NCBI GenBank assembly: GCA_963767735.1
Contig: CAVYES010000006.1
Location: 256,001 to 320,000 of the forward strand
Source: Candidatus Bathyarchaeota archaeon
Lineage (GTDB): Archaea > Thermoproteota > Bathyarchaeia > Bathyarchaeales > Bathycorpusculaceae
Length of the DNA: 64,000 bases
Direction of reading: 5' to 3'
A program made the translations under genes and the position numbers. Below, one piece after another: positions 10,825 to 21,100 of the stretch. The notes below the pieces were generated by a model that saw only the letters and a list, made by a program, of their open reading frames with translations, was not told the origin of the DNA and did not search any database. Position 1 is the stretch's first letter. Every line of letters starts with the position of its first letter.

Positions 10825-11613
10825 TTAGTGCTGCAGTAAGTGTACTATTGTTGGAATTGACACGTAAAAGTGGACGTAAACGGCTGCGACCAGAAGTCCA
10901 ACAGTGATTGCTAGCAACGTGTAGTCTCCCTTGTGAAGTTTCAGCACATACAGGTTAGTGCGTTTCTTGGTGGCTCCCCAAGCTCTGGATTCCATTGCCT
11001 CTGCCAATTCCAGGCTTCGTCTGATAGCGCTAACGATCAACGGGATAAGCACGGGTATGTAATTCCGTATTTTCTTAAGCAAGCCGCCCTTCTCAAGTTC
11101 CAATCCTCTGGCTTTCTGTGCATCCATTATTGTTTGGGCTTCTTCCGCCAGAACAGGAACAAAACGCACCGCGGTTGTGAAGGCGAAAGCGAACTCGTAG
11201 GGCACGCGTGATTCCTCCAGCGCCAAGCCTAAGTGGTCAGGGGAAGTGGTCAGGAAGAAAACTGAGAAAGACTCAACAAGCACCACAAAACGAAGAGTTA
11301 ACCCAACTGCGCTCTCTACGTTAGCAGCCGTCACTGTGTACCCTGAAGTAAAATAGTCTGTTCCAACGTTAACTGCAAAAATGACCACTGCCAAAAAAGC
11401 GGCTCCTCGAAGCGAACGAAGCCACTGCCTTTGAACATGAGCTAACAAAACAAATGGAATCTGCAGAGCAAACAGAAAAAGCAGCGGAATAATTTGGTAG
11501 AAGATAATGGCGACTACGAAAACGGAGATAACGTAGGCGAATTTCACTCGTGGGTCTAAATCGTGGATTGGAGAGTGAACTTTCCTGAACTTTAAGCCGT
11601 CAAAAACGCTCAT
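10825..11613 (-). CDS. ecfT: ECF transporter transmembrane T component
   Basis: LDPRVK, RFVP, AQKARG and AMESRAW motifs. Confidence 0.93.
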   Translation of the reverse strand: MSVFDGLKFRKVHSPIHDLDPRVKFAYVISVFVVAIIFYQIIPLLFLFALQIPFVLLAHVQRQWLRSLRGAAFLAVVIFAVNVGTDYFTSGYTVTAANVESAVGLTLRFVVLVESFSVFFLTTSPDHLGLALEESRVPYEFAFAFTTAVRFVPVLAEEAQTIMDAQKARGLELEKGGLLKKIRNYIPVLIPLIVSAIRRSLELAEAMESRAWGATKKRTNLYVLKLHKGDYTLLAITVGLLVAAVYVHFYVSIPTIVHLLQH

Positions 11614-12437
11614 TTACCAGCTGTGGTCTCCTTGGCGTTTAGGATTATTTTTTCTGCTTCGTAAATGTCAATAACGTTTTTGGGAAGCCCTAACTGCGAT
11701 AATTTCATGAAGATTTGAGCTATCTGTGGCAGAACAATCGATGATTCAGCCAAAACACTGGGGTTTGTGAGTATTTCTTTTCCTAAGCCTTCCGCAACGA
11801 TTTTTCCTTCCTTCATCAAAACAACGCGGGGATTGCATTCAGCCACAAACTCCACGTCATGCGTGACGATAACGACAGTTTTTCCTTGAGTTTGCATCTG
11901 CACTATAAACTGACGCAGAATCTCTTTTTGCTCATGGTCCTGCCCAATGGTGGGTTCATCCAAAATCAAAGATTGCGGATCCCAAGCCAAAACGGAAGCC
12001 AACGCGACACGTTTCCGCTCGCCTCCGCTGAGAAGGAAAGGTGAAGTTTTCCGGTACTGGGTTAACGATAGAAGATTCAAAGCCCATGTTACCCGCTCGT
12101 CTACGACCTCAGCTTTGAAGCCGAAGTTTTTGAGGGCGAAAGCGATTTCTTCTTCTACTGTTTCGCTGAATAACTGGTGGTCTGGGTTCTGGAAAACAAA
12201 ACCCACGTTTCTAGCCAAAGCCGCAACACTTGTTTTGGTTGTTTCAACGCCATCTATACAGACTTTTCCAGATGAGGGTTTTAAGAGTCCGTTAAAATGT
12301 TTGACGAATGTTGATTTTCCAGCGCCGTTCTGCCCCATTATCGCAACGAATTCGCCGTCTGTTATAGTTAGAGAAACACCTTTGAGGGCTTCCACTTTGT
12401 TAGGATACGAAAAGTGAACGTCTTCAGCCACAATCAT
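11610..12437 (-). CDS. ecfA: ECF transporter ATPase
   Basis: GQNGAGKS, FQNPDHQ, LSGGE and DEPT. Confidence 0.93.
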   Translation of the reverse strand: MIVAEDVHFSYPNKVEALKGVSLTITDGEFVAIMGQNGAGKSTFVKHFNGLLKPSSGKVCIDGVETTKTSVAALARNVGFVFQNPDHQLFSETVEEEIAFALKNFGFKAEVVDERVTWALNLLSLTQYRKTSPFLLSGGERKRVALASVLAWDPQSLILDEPTIGQDHEQKEILRQFIVQMQTQGKTVVIVTHDVEFVAECNPRVVLMKEGKIVAEGLGKEILTNPSVLAESSIVLPQIAQIFMKLSQLGLPKNVIDIYEAEKIILNAKETTAGK

Positions 12438-13285
12438 TTGGCTTTCAACGTCTCCAACAGCTCGTCAGCTAGTTCTTCAGAAGACAATGGGGTGTTGCCG
12501 CCCAGGTTTAAGCCGTCTTTTTTTAGCATTTGATACAGCAATGTGGCTTTGGGGATTCCCACTCCAATCAAACGCGTTTCTTCTGTGCTGAGGATTTCTT
12601 TTGGGTTTCCTTCGAAATGGATTTTCCCTTTATCCATAACGATGAGGTGGTTTGTGTATTTTGCTGTTAAGTCCAGTCTGTGCTCGACAAGGATGACGGT
12701 TATTCCCTGTTTTTTGTTTAATTCATAGATTACTTCGAAAATTTTTTCAGCGCTCAGCGGATCAAGAAAAGAAGTTGGCTCGTCCAAGACGATAATTTCA
12801 GGCTCCATAGCGAGAACAGACGCGATTGCCACTCGTTGCTGCTGCCCCCCCGAAATTTCATGAGGCGACCGTTCACGCAAATCATAAATGCCCGTTTGAT
12901 TCATTGCCCAGTCAACCTTTTTCCTCATTTCCTCTCGGGGAACCCCAAGGTTTTCCAGCCCGAACGCCACGTCTTTCTCAACAGATAATGCGAACAGCTG
13001 GTTTTCTGGATTCTGAAACACTAAGCCCACGTGTTTTGCCATTTCGTACGTGTGATGCTTAAGAGTGTCTTCGCCCGCGACAGAAATTTCGCCCGTCAAT
13101 TCCCCATTATAGAAGTGCGGGATTAATCCGTTGAAACATCGGCACAAAGTTGTTTTCCCACAGCCGCTTGGTCCAGTAATTAAAACAAACTCGCCTTTCT
13201 CCACCTTAAACGAGACATCAACAATGGAGGGTTTGGATGCGCCTGGATAAGTATAGGTAAGGTTTTTTGTTTCAATTATAGCCAT
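12434..13285 (-). CDS. ecfA: ECF transporter ATPase
   Basis: GPSGCGKT, FQNPENQ, ISGGQ and DEPT. Confidence 0.93.
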   Translation of the reverse strand: MAIIETKNLTYTYPGASKPSIVDVSFKVEKGEFVLITGPSGCGKTTLCRCFNGLIPHFYNGELTGEISVAGEDTLKHHTYEMAKHVGLVFQNPENQLFALSVEKDVAFGLENLGVPREEMRKKVDWAMNQTGIYDLRERSPHEISGGQQQRVAIASVLAMEPEIIVLDEPTSFLDPLSAEKIFEVIYELNKKQGITVILVEHRLDLTAKYTNHLIVMDKGKIHFEGNPKEILSTEETRLIGVGIPKATLLYQMLKKDGLNLGGNTPLSSEELADELLETLKAK

Positions 13286-13333
13286 TTTTTATGCCTGCTA
13301 ACTTAAGCGTAGAGTTTGCTCATTTAAGCGTAG

Positions 13334-14332
13334 CTACACATTTTTGGCTATTTTCTGCTTTAACAGCACAAGGCACTGCTTAAGTGTCGGCTCTATTTCG
13401 CCTAAGCCGCTTACTCCAGCTGCCATCGCGTGGCCGCCGCCGACTCCCTGCAAAAATTCACCTAAAGGCGCTGCAATGTCCTTTCCCAAATTGACACCTG
13501 CCTGCTCAGTGAACTGGCGTGTGCAACGTAGGCTTACATCTATTTTCCCGTTTTTCAATCCCGCAACAGCCGACATGTGCGCCCCCAAATCAACAAGGGC
13601 TTTAGCTGCTGGAGCTTGGTAAGCGCTAACATGGGAGAGAGCAATTATCCACCCGTTGACTCTTATGATTTTAGCTCGTTTACAGGCCTTCAGTTTAGCT
13701 AAACGCTCAGAAGTGTCAATCGGCAAGTTAAACTCTGCCAGTGTTTGCTGTACATCTATTCCTTGAGTTACCAGTTTAGCAATAATTTGGAGAGTAGATG
13801 CACTTGCCAAAGAAAAATGCCGCGTATCAAAAGCTATGCCAACAAACAAGGCCTTAGCCTCGTTAAAGTTAGGCTTGGTTTTCGCCTGCCTGAAAAGCCT
13901 ATAAACTACTTCGCAGTTAGCGGCTGCCTTCTCATCTACAATGCATAACTTGCAGATTTTAGCTGTTTCTGGGTTCGGCGAGTGGTGGTCAATTATTATT
14001 TTTGGGGCGGGAGACCTTTTTATTGTTTCGGCGACTTGGTCAAGCTGGTCAATGGTGTTCATGTCTACGAGTGCGATGAGGTCTGCCGATTCAATGTTGG
14101 GGTTCAAGTTAACCGTTATAGGCAGATATTCCAAAAGCAGCTTGGAAGGCTTGTTGATGCCTTGAGGGCATCCGACTTCAATTATAACATTTGGCATAAA
14201 CCGCTTAAGCAAACCCTGCAACGCATAAGCCGAACATATCGCATCAGCATCCGCACTGCGATGACACAACAAAAGTACAAAAGCCGCATCGGTATCTTTT
14301 AAAATTTTTAAAAGTTTTTGGAAGTCACTCAT
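13334..14332 (-). CDS. DHH/DHHA1 family phosphoesterase
   Basis: HRSADADA, IIDHH, DT and GGGH motifs. Confidence 0.9.
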   Translation of the reverse strand: MSDFQKLLKILKDTDAAFVLLLCHRSADADAICSAYALQGLLKRFMPNVIIEVGCPQGINKPSKLLLEYLPITVNLNPNIESADLIALVDMNTIDQLDQVAETIKRSPAPKIIIDHHSPNPETAKICKLCIVDEKAAANCEVVYRLFRQAKTKPNFNEAKALFVGIAFDTRHFSLASASTLQIIAKLVTQGIDVQQTLAEFNLPIDTSERLAKLKACKRAKIIRVNGWIIALSHVSAYQAPAAKALVDLGAHMSAVAGLKNGKIDVSLRCTRQFTEQAGVNLGKDIAAPLGEFLQGVGGGHAMAAGVSGLGEIEPTLKQCLVLLKQKIAKNV

Positions 14333-14625
14333 TTTATTTTTCTCAAGTAGTTTTCACTGGCTTTATGCGCTTCGTTTGTGGCTTCTTTAACCAGAGCCTG
14401 CGCATCAACGTCTTTTGCTTGGGGTGTTAAGGAAAGGTCTATTTCTACAGTAACGTTTACTGGTTTTGACCCTTCTGCTTCCACACTAATATCCAACCTC
14501 TCGACCATTTTAGAGGGAACTTTGGAGAGAACGTATTTTCTTGCTGCGTTCTCTGCTGTTGAACATAAAGTTTCTATTTGCTCAGTGGTTAGCTCTGGTA
14601 TACCCAGCTCTACCACAAGCTTCAC
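14329..14625 (-). CDS. DUF3194-like conserved archaeal protein
   Basis: 98 aa, located between prefoldin beta and DHH genes, which is the usual archaeal context. Confidence 0.6.
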   Translation of the reverse strand: MKLVVELGIPELTTEQIETLCSTAENAARKYVLSKVPSKMVERLDISVEAEGSKPVNVTVEIDLSLTPQAKDVDAQALVKEATNEAHKASENYLRKIK

Positions 14626-14629
14626 TCCT

Positions 14630-15001
14630 CTACGATGATGGCTGAGAAACTGGGCTTAGGTCTTCTTGGAGTTTTGTTTGAGCTTCTTTTATCTGGCTGC
14701 GCATTCTTTCTTCTTGTCTCGCAAGAACTGTGCTGCGTGTATCCAAAAGCTCTTTTCGCTCAACGAGGTCTTCAGTAACTTTCGGCTTCTCCGCTTTAAC
14801 CAATAATGAACCGATTGCCTTGTAAATAACCGCGTCTTCAGCTGTTTTTTGCAGCTCAGCTACGGTCTGCTCTACTTCTGTTTTTTCCATTTCAACCTGC
14901 TGCTTCTGCGCTAAAATTGATTGTAAGGTTTGTTGCAGTTGCTGCAGTCTAAGAAGCCTTTCTTGCACGTTAGGCGGTAATCTTGAAAGTTCATCACTCA
15001 A
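14630..15001 (-). CDS. pfdB: Prefoldin beta subunit
   Basis: Coiled-coil with the central hairpin IYKAIGSLLV; starts LPPNVQ. Confidence 0.93.
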   Translation of the reverse strand: MSDELSRLPPNVQERLLRLQQLQQTLQSILAQKQQVEMEKTEVEQTVAELQKTAEDAVIYKAIGSLLVKAEKPKVTEDLVERKELLDTRSTVLARQEERMRSQIKEAQTKLQEDLSPVSQPSS

Positions 15002-15080
15002 ATTTTATCCTTCCGTATCCAGCAATACGGAAAGCTCTTAATTAAGCATTTCCAACAAGGTCGACGTTAAAGCAAGCCCC

Positions 15081-16361
15081 CTAAATGCTTGTTGAGTTCC
15101 AGTAGTAAACTTGTTTGTAGGCTACATCAGCAATGGGGAACGCTGGGTCATAATACACTATATCAAGGCTGACGCCGTATTGCGCTAAAAGCTCGCTTGT
15201 GGCTATTGCAATCTGTTGGGTTTTGTCATCGGTTGGCCAGAAGCCCCAAATGGTGTCATTTGGATTCCGCATCCCCCACCCATAGTTTTGCGGCAGAACC
15301 AACACGGCATCTGGAGCGCTTAGATTGGGCAGTTTCTGTTGAGTTATGTCATTCCAGAATCTTTGAAGCGCAATAAACTGGTCATTACTCATAACCCCAT
15401 AGACGTTGCCCGCAGAGTAGGGATAATCAAAAACCACAATGTATTTTGCCCCAGCCTCATAAGAGGATAACATTTGATCGTAAATTTGGTCTCCGCTGTC
15501 AAGGTAAGGCGGCGAATCGTATGTCCAAGTAATTATTGAACCCCACTCTTTATTTTGAAGCCTTGCTGCCCCCTTAACTAGAGCTATTTGCTCCGCCACA
15601 CTGCAGTTCCAACCTAATTCAGTAAACAAAACATTGTATCCTCCCAAGTAATCGAACCAGTACAAGCCATAATCAGAAGTGAACGTGGTGATTCCAGCCG
15701 CGTTTAACTCGTCAAGCCCCCTGTCGCTCTTGAGAACGTCTTGAACAAAAAACTTGGCTTCCAAATTGTAGTTTTGAGGTTCCGTCCCGTTGTCCATGTA
15801 AGCCAGCATTTTCAAATAGATCTGGTCGAGGTCATTGCTAGTACTGGAATTACTTTGTAGGTATTCCTCCCCGTAAGTCCTAAACCAGGCTGACCAGTTC
15901 CCGTCCAGTTGTACCCCTCCTGGCTCGTCATTGTAGTATATACCCAGGAATTTGCTGCCCCATCGCTGTGTCCAAAGTTGCTCAGTAACATTAAGTGGCT
16001 GTCGCCAAAACCAGCTATTATTGGCTTGAAGAGCATCTCTGACGCCGAGATTTATTATAACGCTTAAACCTTGAGAAACAGCATAATCGCAAATTTCCTC
16101 CACAGCTGACTGGTTTTCGCTAATTGCGTTTCTGCCAGAATCCAAGATGAATAAGTTAGTGTAACTTTTAACCCTGTCAATTAGAACTTTGGCTTCCTCA
16201 GTAGTGTTTCCTCCAAAAGCAACTCCGACATAAACGTCAGGATTAGCTTTCGCCTGGGTTCCACTTGAATACGACGCATAGGCTGCCAAAATTGAAATCG
16301 CCAGAATCACTACAAGTAAGGTTGGAATCAGATATTTCCTAATCCGTTTGAAGCTGCTCAT
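15081..16361 (-). CDS. Secreted or membrane-anchored hypothetical protein, possible glycoside-hydrolase-like barrel
   Basis: N-terminal TM/signal; GIYYNDEPGG and VLFTELGW; many N-x-S/T sequons. Confidence 0.6.
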   Translation of the reverse strand: MSSFKRIRKYLIPTLLVVILAISILAAYASYSSGTQAKANPDVYVGVAFGGNTTEEAKVLIDRVKSYTNLFILDSGRNAISENQSAVEEICDYAVSQGLSVIINLGVRDALQANNSWFWRQPLNVTEQLWTQRWGSKFLGIYYNDEPGGVQLDGNWSAWFRTYGEEYLQSNSSTSNDLDQIYLKMLAYMDNGTEPQNYNLEAKFFVQDVLKSDRGLDELNAAGITTFTSDYGLYWFDYLGGYNVLFTELGWNCSVAEQIALVKGAARLQNKEWGSIITWTYDSPPYLDSGDQIYDQMLSSYEAGAKYIVVFDYPYSAGNVYGVMSNDQFIALQRFWNDITQQKLPNLSAPDAVLVLPQNYGWGMRNPNDTIWGFWPTDDKTQQIAIATSELLAQYGVSLDIVYYDPAFPIADVAYKQVYYWNSTSI

Positions 16362-16547
16362 GCTTAAACCTTACAAGAGAATGTTTATTTGTTCCATCCT
16401 TAATGTTTTTTGCGATAAAACAATAATTTATGAAATCAAACATCAAACAGCAACTTACTTTTGGTATGACATTCCGCAAGCATGCTTGTGAAGTCTTTTT
16501 TAAGAAGTCCTTGCATTAAACCAAACATAAAGAAGGAGCGATAGAAA

Positions 16548-16919
16548 GTGGAACGCGCCAAAGTCGTGAAGGAAGAGTTACTTGAGCAGGACACTCGTTT
16601 TCTAGCTGTTTATGTGGAAGCAAAAAATTCATGCATGATAATGCTTAGCGAAAAAGAAGATAAGCTTGGAACCTTGGCAATAGCCGTTCCCAAACCCAAA
16701 GATATGGTTGGCGCAGCCACCTCCTCAGTGCTTTTAGGAGACAGGAATGTTATTTCAGCGAGAATGTTCGCTGAGTATGTGGCTGCCAAGAAGGGAAAAA
16801 TAGCCCTCGTTTCGGTTTATTTAGATAAACTTGACGAAATGCAAGCCCAAGCATTCTTCATGCATCTCGTTGAAAAACTAACTCAAGTCGAGACCCCAAA
16901 AGAACCCACCTCAATCTGA
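16548..16919 (+). CDS. Proteasome assembly chaperone PAC4/PAC3-like protein
   Basis: LGTLAIAVP..SSVLLGD..ARMFAEYVAAKKGKIALVS resembles the PAC4 pattern (from memory); AAGGAG upstream. Confidence 0.55.
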   Translation: MERAKVVKEELLEQDTRFLAVYVEAKNSCMIMLSEKEDKLGTLAIAVPKPKDMVGAATSSVLLGDRNVISARMFAEYVAAKKGKIALVSVYLDKLDEMQAQAFFMHLVEKLTQVETPKEPTSI

Positions 16920-16963
16920 AGCCATAATGCAAACGCATTACTTAAAGCGGCGAAAAACCTGAA

Positions 16964-17458
16964 ATGATTTGCAAACTAACAACCGCTGACTTCGAAGCAA
17001 TTCTAAACGTCGTAAACAACTCCGCGGCAGCTTACAAAGGTAAAATTCCCAATGACAGATGGAGAGAACCATACATGCCAGCGCAAGAGCTAAAGGAAGA
17101 AATCCAAAGCGGAGTGCAATTTTACGGCTGGAAAGAAAACAATGTTTTGCTTGCCGTAATGGGAATTCAACTCGTCAACGATGTCACATTAATAAGGCAT
17201 GCATACGTTCTGACAAGTCAACAGCGTAAAGGTCTTGGAGAAAATTTACTCAATTATTTACTCGGCTTAGCCCAAACATCAGAGGTTTACGTGGGAACTT
17301 GGGAAGCAGCAGCATGGGCAGTAAATTTTTATGAAAAGCATGGTTTCAAACTCGTTTCAACTGAAGAAAAAAATAAACTTTTAAAGAAATACTGGAATAT
17401 TCCAGAACGGCAAGTTGAAACCTCAGTAGTACTTGAATTAAAAAGGCACTCCAAATGA
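16964..17458 (+). CDS. GNAT family N-acetyltransferase
   Basis: YVLTSQQRKGLG motif A; AVNFYEKHGF. Confidence 0.9.
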   Translation: MICKLTTADFEAILNVVNNSAAAYKGKIPNDRWREPYMPAQELKEEIQSGVQFYGWKENNVLLAVMGIQLVNDVTLIRHAYVLTSQQRKGLGENLLNYLLGLAQTSEVYVGTWEAAAWAVNFYEKHGFKLVSTEEKNKLLKKYWNIPERQVETSVVLELKRHSK

Positions 17459-18516
17459 AAGAAACCCTCCTGTTAAAAGTTGACTCGGAAAACCCGGATC
17501 CTGCAAAAATAAAAATCGCCGCACAAATTATCCAAAAAGGCGGATTAGTAGCATTCCCAACCGAGACGGTTTATGGCTTAGGCGCAGACGCACTTAATCC
17601 AGCCGCTGTCTTGGCGCTTTTTGAAGCTAAAAAGAGACCCTTAGATAACCCGCCGATTGTCCACGTAGCAAATGATAGCGAAGTCTGTAGACTAGTACAG
17701 GCGGTCCCAAAGAAAGCTGAGTTGCTGATGAAAACGTTTTGGCCCGGACCATTAACACTGGTTTTCAAACGCTCAAACATAGTGCCCGACGTAACTGTTG
17801 CAGGTTTAGACACTGTTGCGGTTCGAATGCCCAAACACAGAGTCGCCTTGGCACTGATTAAACAAAGCGGTCTTCCCATCGCTGCTCCAAGTGCAAATCT
17901 CGCAGGCAAACCTAGCCCAACGACCGCAGGACACGTTTACGAAGACCTAAACGGGAGAATTGACGCCATCCTTGACGGCGGACCCACAAGTATCGGTGTT
18001 GAATCCACGGTTGTAGACTTAACTGTTGATCCACCCATGGTTCTTCGACCAGGAGGAACATCTTTTGAAGCATTAAAGAAAGTTCTCATTGATGTGAACC
18101 TTCACCCCTTTGTCCAAGCTGAAGAGGAATTGCCTCTTGAAAAGATAAGGTCTCCTGGAATGAAACATAGGCATTATGCGCCTAAAGCAGAGGTTATTCT
18201 TGTTGAAGGTTCAGTTTCCGCTGTCACATGCAAAATAAAAGAGCTGTCGGAATCTTACAGGCTTAAGGGCGCAAAAGTAGGCATCTTAGCTACTGATGAA
18301 ACACAAGCCGCCTACAACGCAGATGTAGTTAAATCTCTGGGGAGCCGCTTTAACTTGGCAGTTGTTGCCCAAAACCTTTTTCGTTTACTTAGAGAAGTTG
18401 ACGCTGAAAACGTTGACGTTATAATTGCTGAAGGTGTGTCTTCCGAAGAAATCGGTTTAGCCATCATGAACAGGCTGCGTAAAGCTTCGGGTTACCATAT
18501 CGTCAAAGCAGAATAG
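17455..18516 (+). CDS. sua5: L-threonylcarbamoyladenylate synthase Sua5
   Basis: FPTETVYGLGA, KKRPLDNP, APSAN and SPGMKHRHYAP, plus C-terminal SUA5 domain. Confidence 0.96.
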   Translation: MKETLLLKVDSENPDPAKIKIAAQIIQKGGLVAFPTETVYGLGADALNPAAVLALFEAKKRPLDNPPIVHVANDSEVCRLVQAVPKKAELLMKTFWPGPLTLVFKRSNIVPDVTVAGLDTVAVRMPKHRVALALIKQSGLPIAAPSANLAGKPSPTTAGHVYEDLNGRIDAILDGGPTSIGVESTVVDLTVDPPMVLRPGGTSFEALKKVLIDVNLHPFVQAEEELPLEKIRSPGMKHRHYAPKAEVILVEGSVSAVTCKIKELSESYRLKGAKVGILATDETQAAYNADVVKSLGSRFNLAVVAQNLFRLLREVDAENVDVIIAEGVSSEEIGLAIMNRLRKASGYHIVKAE

Positions 18517-18840
18517 ACGCGAATTATCTGTGGATAAGCGAGAGAAGGTTATCCAAACTTATTGTAGCTACGCAGAGAACCCTGTCAGCTGCTCCATAAT
18601 AAACAAAAAGACGGTTATCCAAAATTACGTTACCACAGCTGAAAACAACGTTGGGCACTTTGCCGAATCGCCCATAATCTTCTTTCGGAGCTAAAATGGG
18701 CTCTTTTGAGCGGTAAAGTACCTGCTGAGGTTGATCCTGATCAAGACCGTTTGTTGTATCATTTTTGTGCCAACAAATAATCTTATACTCTTTTTGCTAT
18801 ATTTTGGGCATTAAAAAATTTGCTGGAGAGCAGAGCTTAC

Positions 18841-18966
18841 ATGGTAAAATGCCCACAATGCAATGAAGAAGTTGCGAAACCTGACAAATCACTCAAAAAC
18901 CACGTATTTCACATAGAATCTTACACATGCAAGAACTGCAAACATATATTTAAAGTGACGAATTAA
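18841..18966 (+). CDS. 41-aa zinc-ribbon protein (absent from ORF track)
   Basis: MVKCPQCNEEVAKPDKSLKNHVFHIESYTCKNCKHIFKVTN has two CxxC; GGAG upstream; T-run downstream. Confidence 0.75.
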   Translation: MVKCPQCNEEVAKPDKSLKNHVFHIESYTCKNCKHIFKVTN

Positions 18967-19271
18967 CTGATTTTTTTGAACGAAAAACTAAGCGCCCGTT
19001 AAAGGTAACCATTTCCTTAGCCATCGGGTACAAGTTTTTTCTGTGACTTCGCTATTCTTCATTTTTGCGTTATAGAAGTTTCTGCAACTTTCAAAACTAA
19101 GAAGCTATGCTTTATCATTGTCGGTCAAGCTGTTCACTGCATCTCACCTCTATGTAACCTAAAATTAAAGAATTGTGAGTTCTTCACGGAATTTCTTTTA
19201 TTTAACTCTCCCAAAAAATTTATATTTAAATATTTGATTGTTGAATTCGGTTGTTATTAAGTAAATAAAAC

Positions 19272-20960
19272 TTGGTGAAAATTATGTCTACAGGTGGAGG
19301 AACAGTCCCCGTTCTAGTATTAAAAGAAGGTACCGGAAGATCAACTGGCCGTGACGCGCAAAAAAACAACATCATGGCTGCAAAAATAGTAGCTGAAGCA
19401 GTGAAATCTACGCTCGGTCCATGCGGCATGGATAAAATGCTCGTTACCAGCATGGGCGACGTTGCTATAACTAATGACGGTGCAACCATAATGAAAGAGC
19501 TTGACATTCAACATCCAGCAGCAAAAATGCTTGTAGAAGTTGCAAAGGCTCAAGACAACGAGGTTGGTGACGGAACCACAACCGCAGTAATTTTGGCTGG
19601 AGAGTTACTCTCAAAAGCTGAAGGCTTGCTTGACAAAAACGTCCATCCCACAGTTATAATCGAAGGTTACAAGAAAGCTAGTGAGAAAGCTCAGGAAATT
19701 TTGGAACAAATAGCCATTCCCGTTTCCATTGAAGATGACAAAACCCTAAGGGATATAGCAATCACATCTTTGGCTAGCAAAGGCATCAATGTTGCCGAAG
19801 ACCACTTCGCAAAAATCATTGTTGAAGCAGTAAAACAGGTTTCAGAAAAAATCGACGGCAAATACACTTCGGACATCGACCTAATAAAAGTCGTTAAGAA
19901 ACACGGTAAAAGCCTAGATGAAACAGAACTTGTCAAAGGCATGGTTATCGACAAGGAAGTTGCAAGCTCACAAATGCCAAAGATCATTGACGGCGCCAAA
20001 ATCGCTTTGCTAAACGGCAAGATGGAGATTGAGAAAACAGAGTTCGACGCTAAAATAAACATTGAAAGTCCCAATCAAATGCAGCTTTTCCTCGATGAAG
20101 AAGAACGCATGCTCAAAGAAATGGTTACCGCAGTTACAAAAGCAGGCGCGAACGTTATCTTCTGCGAAAAAGGCATAGATGACATGGCACTGCACTTTTT
20201 AGGCAAAGCAGGCGTTTTAGCTGTTAAAAGCTTAAGCAGCAGCGACATGGAGAAAATGTCAAAGGCAACAGGCGGCAAAATAGTTGCAAACGTAAAAGAT
20301 TTAACTGCAGATGCACTTGGCAAGGCGAAACGTGTCGAAGAAGTAAAAATCGGCGACGACAAACTCATTTACGTACGTGAAGCCAAGAACCCCAAAGCCG
20401 TAACAATCGTAATCCGAGGCGCATCCAACCACGTTATCGACGAAGCAGAACGCTCACTACACGACGGCTTATGCGTCGTACGCAATGCAATTGAAGACGG
20501 CAAAATCGTTGCAGGCGGCGGCGCACCCGAAGCAGAACTGGCCAAAAACCTACGAGCCTACGCAGTTAAAGTCGGTGGACGAGAACAGTTGGCAGTGGAA
20601 GCTTACGCAGAAGCAGTCGAAGCGATACCATTAACGCTGGCGGAGAATGCAGGTTTAGACCCAATCGACATCATGGTAGCACTCAGAGCTCAGCATGAGA
20701 AACCAGACAGCAAATATTTCGGCATCGAAGTTTCAACAGGCAAAATCAAAAACATGCTTGACCTACTAGTCATTGAGCCACTACGCGTGAAGCAACAAGT
20801 CATAAAATCGGCCACTGAAGCCACAAACATGATACTTAAAATCGACGATATAATAAGCGTTAAAGGCGGCGGCAAAATGCCCCCAATGCCTCCAGGCGGA
20901 ATGGGAGGTATGGGTGGAATGGGCGGCATGGGTGGTATGGGCGGCGGAATGCCCTACTAA
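19272..20960 (+). CDS. ths: Thermosome (group II chaperonin) subunit; likely ATG start at 19284
   Basis: [24 protein letters not shown] and GGGAPE; GGM-repeat tail. Confidence 0.97.
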   Translation: MVKIMSTGGGTVPVLVLKEGTGRSTGRDAQKNNIMAAKIVAEAVKSTLGPCGMDKMLVTSMGDVAITNDGATIMKELDIQHPAAKMLVEVAKAQDNEVGDGTTTAVILAGELLSKAEGLLDKNVHPTVIIEGYKKASEKAQEILEQIAIPVSIEDDKTLRDIAITSLASKGINVAEDHFAKIIVEAVKQVSEKIDGKYTSDIDLIKVVKKHGKSLDETELVKGMVIDKEVASSQMPKIIDGAKIALLNGKMEIEKTEFDAKINIESPNQMQLFLDEEERMLKEMVTAVTKAGANVIFCEKGIDDMALHFLGKAGVLAVKSLSSSDMEKMSKATGGKIVANVKDLTADALGKAKRVEEVKIGDDKLIYVREAKNPKAVTIVIRGASNHVIDEAERSLHDGLCVVRNAIEDGKIVAGGGAPEAELAKNLRAYAVKVGGREQLAVEAYAEAVEAIPLTLAENAGLDPIDIMVALRAQHEKPDSKYFGIEVSTGKIKNMLDLLVIEPLRVKQQVIKSATEATNMILKIDDIISVKGGGKMPPMPPGGMGGMGGMGGMGGMGGGMPY

Positions 20961-20992
20961 ATCCCTTCTTTATTCTTTTTTAGTTTTTTTTT
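20961..20992 (+). terminator. Oligo-T archaeal terminator
   Basis: tcttttattctttttttagtttttttt immediately after the thermosome stop. Confidence 0.6.
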
Positions 20993-21100
20993 AAAAAAAA
21001 ATAGTTGCTAATTATTTTTTGATCTGAAATTAAGGTAGCTGTTTACTGCAAATTTTATATTCACACGTTTAGTCATTATTCGGTATCTTGGAGTCTAAGT

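Noticed and set aside
18988-19150. Minus-strand 50-codon frame with GAGGTG SD and an in-frame TAG (pyrrolysine readthrough or integrase remnant)
   Set aside because: Too short, no recognisable motif and no pyl genes in the window
20880-20957. GGM tandem repeat
   Set aside because: Ordinary chaperonin C-terminal tail
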